A stretch of DNA of 58,328 nt, the filler included, from Rhizaria sp. SCN 62-66 (taxonomy: Eukaryota), in the NCBI GenBank assembly GCA_001724265.1. It is 2 parts of 2 records of this genome, joined end to end, with 100 filler letters (N's around TTAATTAATTAA, not from the genome) between each part and the next. Parts side by side here need not be neighbours in the genome. Positions count along the whole stretch, not along the records: positions 1 to 29,225 come from MEDY01000383.1; 1 more part is not named here. One strand, 5' to 3'. The notes below the pieces were generated by a model. It was not told where the DNA came from and ran no database searches. It worked only from the letters and a program-made list of their open reading frames with translations. The position numbers and the translations under genes are program-made. Each line of letters begins with the position of its first letter. The first letter of the stretch is position 1. Below are positions 1-11,806 of the stretch, in pieces.

Positions 1-1808
1 CCGCCGCCGTGGCCGCGACCGCCGCGGCGGCGATGACGGCCGCGGGCGCGGGCGGCGGGCTCGCCCCGCGCGCGCCGCTGGGCCCCGGCGCCGGCGCAGG
101 CGCTGTGCCCTGCCCGCCGCCGCCCGCGCTCACCGCCGCAGCGGCTGCGGCGGCCAACGCGCTGTACGACGAGCGGTGCGAGGAGTACTTGGTGGTGTAC
201 AACCGGGGCCCGCTGACGATGTACATGATTGCGACGCCCGCGCCCACGGTCAGCGGGCGCAGCAGGCAAGCGCACCGCTCGGCCGCGCAGGCTCACTTCG
301 CCGAGATGAGGCAGCAGCAGCAGCAGCAGCAGCATAACACGGCGAACGTGGCGAATACGAACGTCGCTACCGCGCGGACGCACTCGCCGCGTCTGGGCTC
401 GACGACCGCTATCCCGTTGTCGCTGTACCGCAGGCTCGACGCGTTCCTCGCGCTCAACCTCCGCAAGCTGGCCGAGCTGCTCGCCGCCGCGCCCGCTGGC
501 GCCGCTGCCCCCACCCACAGCAGCGGCGGCGGCGGCAGCACCGGCTCTAACGGCACCGCGGCTGCGGGCAACAACAGCAGCGGCAGCGCGGCTGGCGCGG
601 CCGCGGGCGCCGGCGCCGGGTCTTCTGCGGTCTCCGCGACCGCTGATGGGGGCGCGAGCCTCGAAGCGGGGCCCGGCGAGACGCGGTTCATCTACTTCAA
701 CCAGCTCAACCTGGCCATCAAGTCCACGCTGGGCCCCTCGCAGCCCGCCGCCGGGCGCGGGCCCTCCGCCGCCGCCGCTGCGGGTTCGGGCTCGGGCGCC
801 GCCGCCGCTGCCGCCGCCGCCGCCGCCGCAGGCGCCGCCGCGGCCTCTGTCGCGGGCGCGGGCGCAGGGTCCGCGGCGGAGGCACTCTACCCGCTGCCGG
901 CCGGCTGCCCGCTCTCGGCGGCAGTCGTGCGCGTGCTGAACGGCATGCGCGCCGAGTTCGCCAAGGCCGACGAGCGCGCGGGCAGGGCAGCCGCGCTCAA
1001 GGCCAAGCTGCGCGCGGGGCGCGAGGCCGCCGCCGCGGCGGTCACCGTGGCCGCCGCGGCTGCGGCCGCGGTCGGGGGCAGTAACGGTGGTGTCGGCAAT
1101 GGCCGCAGTCTCAGTCCTAGCACGACGCTAGAGTCGGTGGTGGAGAGTCAGCGGCAGCAGCAGCAGGAGCAGGAGCAGAAGGAGAAAGAGCTGGGACAAG
1201 GGAAGCATGAGACTGAGATCGCTCTCGCTCCTGAGGCCGCACCTGAGACTCCTTTGGCTGCTGTCGAGACGACTCCGAAGGCGGAGACACCTAAGGCTGA
1301 GTCTGAAGACGAGGCTGAGCCCGAGCCTGAGACCCCTACTCTTGCGAGCGACACCGACGCTTCGAAGTCCCCTGCTGATGGCAACGACAAGGACGACAAG
1401 GGCGAGCCTCAGGACGAGGAGGCCGACTCTAAGCAAGAGCAAGAGCAGGAGCAGAAACCTGATCAAGAATCTACTACTGCTGAAGAGCAGGGACAGCAGG
1501 AGCAGCAAGAGGATGATGATCAAGAGCCCGAAATGGAGCGCGAGGCGGACGACCTGACTGTGGACGAGCTTGCCCGCGAGACCCGCGACGACGTCGACGT
1601 GTTGAACGACCTGCTGACGAGCGCGAGTCCTCTGGAGATCTGCGTCCGCACCAAGAGCGACGGCTGGGTCGTGGGCCGCCGCGCGGTCGAGTCCAAGCGC
1701 GAGTTCTACGTACTCATTGATGACGCTGCGTGCGCCAGTCTTGCTGACGTGCAAGTTGAAGTCGACAAGCTCACCAGGACCTTCTTCTACAACATCTTCA
1801 TCTTCTAA
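1..1808 (+). CDS. CCZ1: Vacuolar fusion protein CCZ1 (Mon1-Ccz1 Rab7 GEF subunit), 5'-truncated by the window edge
   Basis: Frame is open from the window start. Motifs RFIYFNQLNLAIKST and C-terminal LEICVRTKSDGWVVGRR...REFYVLID...LADVQVEVDKLTRTFFYNIFIF* match the CCZ1 third longin domain. Long Ala/Gly and acidic inserts. Stop TAA. Confidence 0.88.
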   Translation, partial: AAVAATAAAAMTAAGAGGGLAPRAPLGPGAGAGAVPCPPPPALTAAAAAAANALYDERCEEYLVVYNRGPLTMYMIATPAPTVSGRSRQAHRSAAQAHFAEMRQQQQQQQHNTANVANTNVATARTHSPRLGSTTAIPLSLYRRLDAFLALNLRKLAELLAAAPAGAAAPTHSSGGGGSTGSNGTAAAGNNSSGSAAGAAAGAGAGSSAVSATADGGASLEAGPGETRFIYFNQLNLAIKSTLGPSQPAAGRGPSAAAAAGSGSGAAAAAAAAAAAGAAAASVAGAGAGSAAEALYPLPAGCPLSAAVVRVLNGMRAEFAKADERAGRAAALKAKLRAGREAAAAAVTVAAAAAAAVGGSNGGVGNGRSLSPSTTLESVVESQRQQQQEQEQKEKELGQGKHETEIALAPEAAPETPLAAVETTPKAETPKAESEDEAEPEPETPTLASDTDASKSPADGNDKDDKGEPQDEEADSKQEQEQEQKPDQESTTAEEQGQQEQQEDDDQEPEMEREADDLTVDELARETRDDVDVLNDLLTSASPLEICVRTKSDGWVVGRRAVESKREFYVLIDDAACASLADVQVEVDKLTRTFFYNIFIF

Positions 1809-2534
1809 AGTGCGATGCGCTACGAGTCTTAGTTGCGCGAGAAGAGAGTTAACGTTGTTCAACGATCGCAAGGATATTGAATTGATTTTCGTAGAGTATA
1901 TAATGAGTGCCTGTAGCTATTTTATGTATTTTTAATACAAACGACTATTGTTTTATGTCGCTGCAGTGCGTTTAGTAAAGGTCGAATGATACCAAAGACC
2001 GCGTCCTAATGCACTCAGCTGATTCTGCCGTCTGAGCGACGGGTGCGTGTCGTCCCTCAACTAATGTCCTTTTTTTGACAACATAATGAAAGATAATAGA
2101 CTGCAATGGGTATATTAAGAAAGTCTCGCACTTGATCTCTTTTAGGATTCAATTAAGGTTTCGTGTGCGAGAGATAAGGAAATCAAAACTGGCCTTAAGT
2201 TTTGATGCCCAAGCCGACGATGCAAACGTGGTCTGCATAACGAAACGCGTCCTTTCCAACCTGAAGACAGAAGACTACACAGGTGAATTTCTAAGATAAC
2301 AGCAAAATCGTACTGAATTTTTTAAAACCCGCGGTTCTATGCACGATGCCAATTCATATCCCTCGTAAAATTGCAAAACGCATGTTTCTAGACTCTATCT
2401 TGGTCCCATCCACACGTGCCAGGACCCACTTTCATCGGCCTAGCGGCCCGCCACAACCTTTTATCGGCCCCAAAGTCTAACCCCAGTCTACTTTGCATCT
2501 TTTTCCTTCTGTCTGCGCTCAGTTTTCGTCCGTA

Positions 2535-5377
2535 ATGTCTGCGACCGAGGAGCCTGACACCCCGCTCGAGGCCGTGCGCGGCCCCGACTCGGCCATGTCC
2601 TCTGCGCCCACCTTCGCCCCGCCGGCGCACATCCGCGACAAGGCTGTGCTCCAGTCCCTCGAGGCCTACCAGGCTATGTACAACCGCTCCATTGCTGACC
2701 CGACCGCGTTCTGGGACGAGCAGGCCACCAAGGAGCTCTCCTGGGTCCGCCCTTACTCCTCCGTCGTCTCTGGCAGCTTCCAGGTACGTCTCACTTTCAC
2801 TCGACATTTATCTTTCAAACAAATATGCTTTTGACATTCACTGTCAGCCTTGAATTTTAAGTTGCATTGCCTTATATTTTTTATTATTATTAATCTAACA
2901 CGCGCTCATCGCATCTCGTATATCTTCTCTCTATTTTTTGGATTGGACTCGTTTCTTTTTCGCTTCCTGTATCTTTCAGGAGGGCGACGTGGCCTGGTTC
3001 ACAGGCGGCGCTCTCAACGTCTCCTACAACTGCGTCGACCGCCACGCGATCGCGACGCCGGACAAGGTGGCGATCCTCTGGGAGGGCGACCACCCGAGCG
3101 ACATCCGCAAGATCACGTACGCCCAGCTCCAGCGTGACGTGAGCCGCTTCGCCAACGCTCTGCTGCGCCGCGGCGTCCGCAAGGGCGACACCGTCTGCAT
3201 CTTCATGCCCATGGTGCCCGAGGTCGCCGTCGCCATGCTCGCTTGCGCGCGCATTGGCGCCGTCCACGCCGTCGTCTTCGCCGGCTTCTCCGTTGAGGCG
3301 CTCCGTGACCGCATCGTCGACGGCAACTGCGTAGCCATCGTCACAGCCGACCAGGCACGTGAATCAAGCATACCTTCTGTGAATCCGTTCATATCCTGAA
3401 CCTGGTGTCATTTAACTGTGTTGTACTTGCTTTCATATTTTCAGTTTCAAACTCTTTCATCCTTTGCGATATCTCTAATTTTATCTTTCTTATTCCGCTG
3501 TCCTTGGTTCGCTCGCAACCTTTTCTTTGACCATAACAGGGCAAGCGCGGTGGCAAGACGATCCAGCTGAAGAAGATTGTCGACCGCGCACTGCTGGCCG
3601 ACGTTGACGCAGCCGTGACTTCGGTCCACACGGTGTTCACCCTGCAGCACACGGGCGCCGCCGACGTGGCCGCGAGCATGCATCCCAACCGCGACATCTT
3701 CTACGCCGACGCCGTTGCGCGCGAGCGGCCCGTGTGCCCGCCCGTGCCCGTGGAGAGCGAGGACCCGCTGTTCATCCTCTTCACTTCGGGCTCCACCGGC
3801 CGCCCCAAGGGCGTGCAGCACTCTAGCGCGGGCTACCTGCTCTACGCCAAGATGACGCACAAGTACATCTTCGACCTCAAGGACGACGACGTGTACGCTT
3901 GCGTCGCCGACGCCGGGTGGATCACCGGACACAGCTACGTCGTCTACGGCCCGCTCGCCAACGGCTCCACCACGCTCATGTTCGAGAGGTACGTGCTATG
4001 TTCGAATGCTCGAACAAGAACGAAATGGCACTTTTCACTGTCGAGTTGATATCTCTTTCATCTCTTTGAGACAAATTGAACTATTCTGCATTATCATACT
4101 TCACAATAATACCAACTTACGTAATTGCTTTTTATGATTAAATAACTGTTATCTCACCTCAATCCTGACTTAAACACTCACTGTTCCTTCATCTCGCTTG
4201 TATACCCTACTCAGCACCCCGATGTACCCCGATGCGGGCCGCTACTGGGACATGGTGCAGCGCCACAAGGTGACGATCTTCTACACGTCCCCCACGGCCA
4301 TCCGCTCGCTCATGCGCTTCGACAACTCCTTCGTCTCTCGCTACGATTTGTCGACTCTGCGCATCCTGGGCACGGTCGGCGAGCCGATCAACCCCGAGGC
4401 GTGGAAGTGGTACTACGAGGTCGTCGGCGGCGGCCGCGCGTCGATCGTCGACACCTACTGGCAGACGGAGACGGGCGGCATCGTCATTACGGCCGTGCCC
4501 GGCGCCGTCCCCGCCAAGCCCGGCGCGGCCGGTCTCCCCTTCTTCGGCGTCGCCCCCGTGTTGCTCGACGCCAAGACGGGCGCCGTCATCGAGGGCAACG
4601 ACGCCTCCGGGCTGCTCTGCCTCTCCGCGCCGTGGCCCGGCATGTTGCGGTCGTGCTGGGGCGACCACGCGCGCTTCATGAAGACCTACTTCGCGGCCTA
4701 CCCCGGTTGCTACCTCACCGGCGACGGCGCGTACCGTGACAAGGACGGCCACTATTGGATCACGGGCCGCGTCGATGACGTCATCAATGTGTCGGGCCAC
4801 CGCATCGGCTCCGCGGAGATCGAGTCGGCGCTTGTCTCGCACCAGCATGTCGCCGAGGCCGCCGTCGTGGGTGTCCCGCATGAGCTCAAGGGCCAGGCGC
4901 TCTTTGCTTACGTCACTCTCAAGCTCGACGCGACCATCACGAACATCTTCAACGCCGAGCTGCTGCTCACCGTTGCCAAGGAAGTCGGGTCCTTCGCCAA
5001 GCCCGATTACATCGTCGTCTGCCCCGCGCTGCCCAAGACGCGCTCCGGCAAGATCATGCGCCGCCTCCTCCGCAAGATCGCCTGCCAGGTACGAACATTT
5101 ACAGCTATATATTGTATTCTGTTGATATAATGTTATGAGATTATTGTTTTGTTCACTGTGGACTATGATCAACTTTATTTTTATCTTTCTACGTGTCTAT
5201 CTTGTGCTTCAATCGCTCACTCATGTGTACGCTTCTGCTCTTGCTATTGTGCTTCGCTCTCGACTACTATAGGAGACCGACTCTCTTGGTGACCTGACGA
5301 CTCTGGCGGACAAGGAGGTCATTGACGACCTGATTCCCCGCGTCAACGAGGTTTTTGCTCCCGTCAAGAAGGCGTAA
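2535..5377 (+). CDS. ACS: Acetyl-CoA synthetase (AMP-forming); exons 2535-2783, 2980-3354, 3540-3988, 4215-5088, 5273-5377
   Basis: [20 protein letters not shown]-binding [77 protein letters not shown]. All four splice junctions keep the frame; intron 2 is GC-AG. Stop TAA. Confidence 0.97.
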
Positions 5378-5680
5378 ACGCAAACGTTCCGATTGATACC
5401 GTCATTATAAGCTATGCTGCTGCATGGGTAATACGAGCTTCTCTAGAGAGGTTTCTTTGACTGCGTGGCTTGCACCTTTGTTTGATTTCGCCACAGTGCG
5501 GTCACAATGAAAGTCTTACTTTGCCAATAACAACAGCACAACATCACATGATGAAGATGCTGACGACGGAGACCGCTACAACGCTATCGTAGTGCGTCAT
5601 ATCATCGTCGTCACTTCTGTCTGTGTTGCCCGCCACGCTGTTGCTGTCGTTGTTGCTGTTACGGTCACCCTCTCTCAGGT

Positions 5681-5681
<1 letters not shown>

Positions 5682-5747
<66 letters not shown>
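5682..5747. repeat. (GCT)22 / (CAG)22 trinucleotide microsatellite, non-coding
   Basis: Perfect GCT run about 300 nt downstream of the ACS stop, in AT-rich flanking sequence. Confidence 0.95.
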
Positions 5748-5750
<3 letters not shown>

Positions 5751-6559
5751 TGTTTTCGTGACTCCCGCAGCAAATTTCTTTCTCTCTGTTTGCCTTCTTC
5801 TTTCTTTCCTGTATATTCCTCTTTCTTCATCTTTTGTCTCAATTCATATAACATTAACAATACTAAGATAATAATTACCGTCTCCGCACCATGATTAACG
5901 CCAACTTCATCATACACACAACTTTTATTCTAACTCTAACCTAACGAGGGTGTCGCAACTTGCTTGGATTGACTATATGTAATCTGAATCGTCAGCTGTA
6001 CAAACTATTTCCCTGTATGTTACTAATCGATATCAATTGTATTTGATAACAAACTTTCATTGCAACTGTCAAAATCTTCATGAATATTCAACGAAGTTAT
6101 TAAAAACCGAAGTCAGGCGCAGTTTTTTAGTCAGAACTTGCAAGCACGTGTTGGCTACTTGTACGAAGTATTGCTGCAACATTCGCCGACTACAAAATTG
6201 CAAAACTAGCCATGCTGTGATTCGACGTTATACGTTATATGTCATCGCATCGTCGCTCAATTGTCACTTGAATGTATTCCTATGGGTGGTACTTCACCCC
6301 ACTCACTCCCGCAAACGACGCACAACACGGCGTTTGCGCAATAAAACAACAAATCATGACTCATATGCACGGCAAAAGAAGTGTAATAATATAGTACTAT
6401 TATTAATATCACGAAACTATAAAACAAAAATTTGAAAAACAGAAACAAAACTATAAACTCAAATTTGTAGCCTCCGCTTTCGTCGCCTGACAACTAACAG
6501 GCGACAAAACGGCTGAATAATCTCTCTGTTGTTTCTAACGTAGAGTAGAAGAAAAAGAA

Positions 6560-6705
6560 TAACAAACCACACACAACAAACAACAACAGCAAAAACAACT
6601 CACACAGGCGCATGTTTCACTTACGGTCACACACAAGCACACTTCGCACAACACAACACGTCCCAGTCGCACTTAAACGAACACAACACAACACAACACA
6701 ACCAA
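6560..6705 (-). repeat. ACAAC/ACAC-rich low-complexity tract (GU-rich on the NBP35 sense strand), probable 3'UTR or downstream element
   Basis: Repeated acaac/acacaac units just past the NBP35 stop. Similar GU/U-rich tracts follow dNK (about 11060-11190, +) and the 31537 gene (about 31395-31440, -). Confidence 0.55.
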
Positions 6706-6794
6706 GTCTCACTTGATCCCGTTTGTTTTGTTTCGCTAAGACGACATCGTTTGCTTGCTTGCTTCTTTTTTTCGGTCCTTCTCAAGCTGAAGCC

Positions 6795-8179
6795 TTACTC
6801 CTCGTCGGCCATGAGCCCGGCCTTGAGCGCCTGCGTCTGCGCCTGCCGGCGCTCCTCATCGGCCTTGGCGACCTCGGCGGCGTCTGCGGCGTGCTGAGCC
6901 ATCTTGCCCTCGAGCCCCAGCTCCACCGCGGTCGCCGCGAGCGCCTGAGAGCGCGTGAAAAGCTGGCCGACGACGCTCTTGAACGCGTGGACCGCGGGCG
7001 CGGACGGGTAGGTGGCGGCGTAAGAGCAGCCCTGCTCGCACGCGCGCATGAGGTACGGGTCGAGCGGGATCGAGCCCAGGAACGGGACGTTCATCTCGGC
7101 GCACATGGCCGCCGCGCCGCCCGACGACGGCTCGAAAATGTCGGTATTGGTGCGGCAGTGGGGGCAGGTGAAGCCCGCCATGTTCTCCACCACGCCCAGC
7201 ACGGGCACGTTGACGCGCTGGCAGAACGTGAGCTCCTTGCGCACGTCAAGCAGCGCAACCTCCTGCGGCGTGGTGACGATGATGGCGCCGTCGACGGCCG
7301 CGTCCTTGAGGTACGTCGTGATCGAGAGGTGCTCGTCGCTGGTGCCCGGCGGCGCGTCGACGAGCAGAACGTCCAAATCGCCCCAGTAGACGTCGGTCAG
7401 GAACTGTTTGATGAGGCCGTTCTTGCGCGGGCCGCGCCAGATGATGGCGTCGTTCTTGGAGCCCAACATAAAGCCGACGGACATGACGCCCAGGTTTTCG
7501 GCCGCGTAGACGGGGGACCAGCCGTATGAAGACTTGCGCACTTCCTGGGCCTCGACGCCCATGATCTTGGGGACGGAAGGACCACAGATGTCGATGTCGA
7601 GGATGCCCACGTTAGCCTCCATGTCCGCGAGCAGCCACGCGAGCTGGAAAAAAGCGCAGAGAGAGCAAAAAAAAAGCAAGTAAGCAAGCAAAGATGAGTC
7701 AAGTGAGCTCTTTTCAATCGAGTACAAAGAGACGATATCGAGTGTCAAGACTCGGCTTGGTTGCTGGTTTAGTGATGATAGAGTGGGCGTACCTGGCAGG
7801 AGAAGGTGGACTTGCCGACGCCGCCCTTGCCCGAGAGGACGAGGATCTTGTGCTTGACTGTGGACAGCCGGTTGGCCACCTCGGCCACGGCCGGGTCACC
7901 CTGCTCCAGCAGCGCGCGCGCAGCGCCGGAAGAGCAGGCGGACTGGTTCGGGCAGCCCGAACAGCCGGAGGTCTTGCCGGCGGACTCGGCCGCGGGGCCC
8001 ACGCAGCCTGGGGGAAGGGGGAATTTGTGGGCAGGAATAGAAGAAAGTGATGAGAGTTGTGAGCGAAGTTCGGAGATTCAAGAGAGGGGGACGAGAGTTA
8101 GACGGAATAGACTCCAAAGATGGGGGGATTTTGAAGAAAGCGTACCCTGGTTGGCATTAGCAGGAACAGAATCACTCAT
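6795..8179 (-). CDS. NBP35: Cytosolic Fe-S cluster assembly factor Nbp35/NUBP1; exons 8179-8146, 8007-7793, 7643-6795
   Basis: Spliced N-terminus [25 protein letters not shown] (4-Cys Fe-S motif), [12 protein letters not shown]-loop, [47 protein letters not shown]. Two GT-AG introns keep the frame. Stop TAA. Confidence 0.96.
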
Positions 8180-9289
8180 GTTCGCTATGATAGGGGCAAG
8201 AGGGGGAAATAGGGGGGCAAGAGGCGGGTGAGCGGAGGGCAGGAGTGCGGTAGCGGACATTGGGAAGCTGGGGCTCAAACCTTCGCGTGCTCACAGAGAG
8301 CAAATATAGAAATTAGCAGAAATAAAAAAGCATAAACATAACAATACAGTTGGTATAGTCGCCAGATATCAATATTTTACGTTGATTGACGGAGCTCTTA
8401 TACGTCATCTGACCCACGCTTGATTGTCGTCACTCCTCTATTGTGGTGTCGGCATCGACAGCGGCTGGCGACCAGTTTTTCGGCCCCAAGCCTAGAGCCA
8501 AGTCTTGTCCAGCGAGGTCATGAGTGAGGCTTGATTCAAAACTTTCGCGCCCGACTGCAAGATGATTGCTCGCAAGCTGCTCCGCCAGTCGTCGCAGCTT
8601 GTTGGCTCTATACGAAGCCTTTCGGTCAAAGGTACGTTAATTCGGACTCAAACATGTGTTTATATTCTTCGCTATTCTTTAATCGGCCTTTTGCGTTGAC
8701 TGGAGCGCCCGCAAAGCATTGATTGGAATTCCACCCAACCTCCAAGCACCACCCCTGCCTGGCCCGGTCCGTGAACGACGGTCAAATGCGCGTGCAACGG
8801 CACACAATTGGCTTATCTTTCTCATCCCAGGCGCAAAAGTGTCCCACAATGCCCATGGATCGCGTTGTATCCCGCTTTGTGCGACGCTTTTGTGCCTATT
8901 TTCGCCCTCTCGGGCCTTGGGGCACCCTCAACCCCCCCTTGCTGGGGACCTGGCTGCAACCGGCACTTTGCTAAGTTTAGCAGTATAATCGCGCTTGCTC
9001 ATTACACAATCTTGCGTTCTAGCTGGCTGTGTGCCTGCCTTGTGCGCAGAGCGAGTGTCGCTGTGCTGCGTTGCGGTTTCCGTGGTCTATGGTGCGCTCG
9101 AGCAGGGCGGGCACCCTTTTCGCGCGCGATTTGTAATCTCGCTATAACACAGTAATCCTAGCACCCCATTCAAATTATACTCATATATTGTGCTTAAATA
9201 CTCTCTTGTACACCGCTCACTATCACGTTTTTCTTATTCGCTTTTGTTTTGCGCTATATTCGCCCTTCCCGCCCCGCCGCTCAGCTCCC

Positions 9290-10809
9290 ATGCTGAACTC
9301 GCCCCTTTCCCACGACTCCGTGGTTGTCGCGTCCTCCTCCAAGCGCGCGCGCGCCCTGTCCCCCGCCACTGCCGCGCGCCTCGCCACGCAGGCCTACAAC
9401 GGGCCCGCCAAGGTGATGACCGACGCCGACGACGCGGTCGCCGGCCACGCGCTCTGCACGCTCGGCTGCAAGACGACGACCCACGAGACGCCCATGTGCC
9501 CCTACCCGTCGACCGCGTTCCCGCACACCGCCGCGCTCGCCACCGAGGCCGCCGCCACCGAGGCCGAGCGCGAGCCGAGCGTGGAGGAGATGCTCGCCGC
9601 CCTGCGCGGCCACGTCATCGAGGTCGAGGGCAACATCGGCTCCGGCAAGTCGACCCTCACCAACAACCTCTCCCGCTTCGCTCAGGCTGAGGCCACCGCC
9701 GTGGCGCTCGCCCAGGCCGCCACCGACGGCGCCGCGACCGTCGAGGAGGAGTATTCGGTCGTGCACGGCGAGAAGGTCAACGCCGTCTTCCTCAAGGCTT
9801 TTTACGAGAACCTCACGCAGTACGCCTTCGCCTTCCAGATGTACATGCTCACCACCCGCCTCTACCAGATCGACGAGGCCTCCCGCCAGGTACGCACAGC
9901 ATATATCTCATCGCAATGAACACGCTTTCAAGAAATATCTCACTCACACTTTAATAATTATATTATGTCCCCTATATGTGCTCATCCTCTTGATATATCT
10001 TCTATTTCCTTGTTTTCGCTCTCTCTTCTTTGCTTGACAAACTGAACTGACCCCTGCAGGCGCACAAGGAGAACAAGCTGGTGTTCCTGGACCGCGGCGC
10101 CGTGGGCGACGTGCTGTTCGCGCTGCAGAACTACAAGATCGGCAACATGTCGAAGCAGGACATGGCCGTGTACAAGTCGGTCTGCTCCGAGCGGCTCCCG
10201 GCCTCTCTGTCGGACAAGGTCGACGCCGTCGTCTACCTCGACGTCGCCCCCGAGACGTGCTGGTACCGCATGACCACTGTCCGCCAGCGCGAGGCCGAGG
10301 AGGGCGTGCCGCTGGCGTACCTCGACGGCATCGACTCGGTTTACTTCCACCTCCTCGTCGACTGGCTCGCCGCGCGCAAGGGCGGCTTCCACGACATGAA
10401 CATCGGCTCCGCCCCGCCCGTCATGGTTGTCCGCTGGGAACGCTTCGGCTGCCACAAGGCCGTGTTGCGCCAGCTCTACGAGCTGCTCCAGGGCCGCCGC
10501 AAGTCCCCCACTGTCGCCTTCACCACCGACGCCTCCGTCCCCGTCTCCGAGAGCGTCGACCTCGTGATCGAGAGCGAGGAGCAGGTCCAGGCCGCCGCGG
10601 CCGCGCTCAAGGAGCACGACGCGCTCACGGTCACCTGCGCCGCCTCGGGCGCCGCGCGCGAGGTCCGCTCCGTGGCCCTCAAGTGGGGGCTTGAGCACAG
10701 TGCGGCCTTCCGCAAGGTCGCCATGCACGTTCTGTCGGAGCAGGGCCACGTGCTCTTCTACGGCAAGGACACCGAGGTCGAGACCCCCGAGTACAACTGC
10801 GCCAAGTAA
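9290..10809 (+). CDS. Deoxynucleoside kinase (dNK family); exons 9290-9889, 10060-10809
   Basis: IEVEGNIGSGKSTL P-loop, FYENLTQYAFAFQMYMLTTR, FLDRGAVGDVLFA, VVYLDVAPETCWYRM..RQREAEEGVPLAYL lid region. Phase-0 GT-AG intron at 9890-10059. Stop TAA. Confidence 0.9.
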
Positions 10810-11806
10810 GTAAGTTACAAGAAAGCAAACAGGAAGCGCGGTGTGTTTACGCAAGCGTTCTCTCTTGCTCTTGCTCTTGCTGATGCTGATGCTGTGTATG
10901 TGTGCTCGATTTCTCTGTCTCTGATTCTATGTGTGTCGTCTCCTTCGTCTCTCAGGTGTTACTGCGATTGGTTGTGGTGTTCTGAGACAGGGGATGTTGT
11001 TATTCTTAGTACTTCTAGTCTCTCTCGTATAGTGTTGCTGCTGCTGCTGTTTATGTGATATAAGCTTTGTTTTGTTATTGTTGTTTGATTGTCTTGTCGT
11101 TTTAAGTGACAGGCATGAATGATTTCAATCTTAAAGTTTGCTTTTGTTGTTTATTAGAAATTGGCTTTGCTGATGTTGTGTTTGTATGTCCACTACTACT
11201 ACTACTAAGGCAGTGAGCGGGATCATTTCCCGAATCACTGCATTTTTTATCTAACAAAGCGTATAGAGCTCTCTGATTGCTCTTATTCTTTGACGAAAAA
11301 GTTTCCTCTCAGCAGTCTGCGCCTTAGCAACACGGCGAAGATGAGGTCGGCAAAGCCACTTTTGTGTTTCATAGTTTGAACGATAGTTCCTTTCACCATG
11401 TGTGAATACAATTAAAATCCATAATTATTCTTATTCTCACCTCTTCTGATTTAATAATTTTAATACGCTTGACGGAAGATAGACACGTTTTCTAGACCTA
11501 CAAAGCTCGCTCGCACTTTGCGTTCGGTCAAATCGTCCATTGCGCCTTTCCACCTCTGTCGCGCGCCACACTGGGCCTGTTTTCGGATTGTTTATGCCTA
11601 TCACGCTTGCCCAAAACTGTGCGAGTGCCTCGGCGTCGGTTTCAGACGGCTCCGACGCGGATTAGGAGCAGGCGTGCACTTCTCTCGCCGCGAAAAGGCA
11701 GGCCAACGCTGAAGCCGGCGCCCTCGTCTTCCTTTCGCTGCCCTGTGCGCCTCACAACGAGGCCGCTAACGGCAGGCCTTACGGCTTCAGTAGCAACAGT
11801 GAGGGC

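Noticed and set aside
5592-5917. Poly-Ala/poly-Leu ORFs around the GCT repeat
   Set aside because: Products of the microsatellite in AT-rich non-coding DNA.
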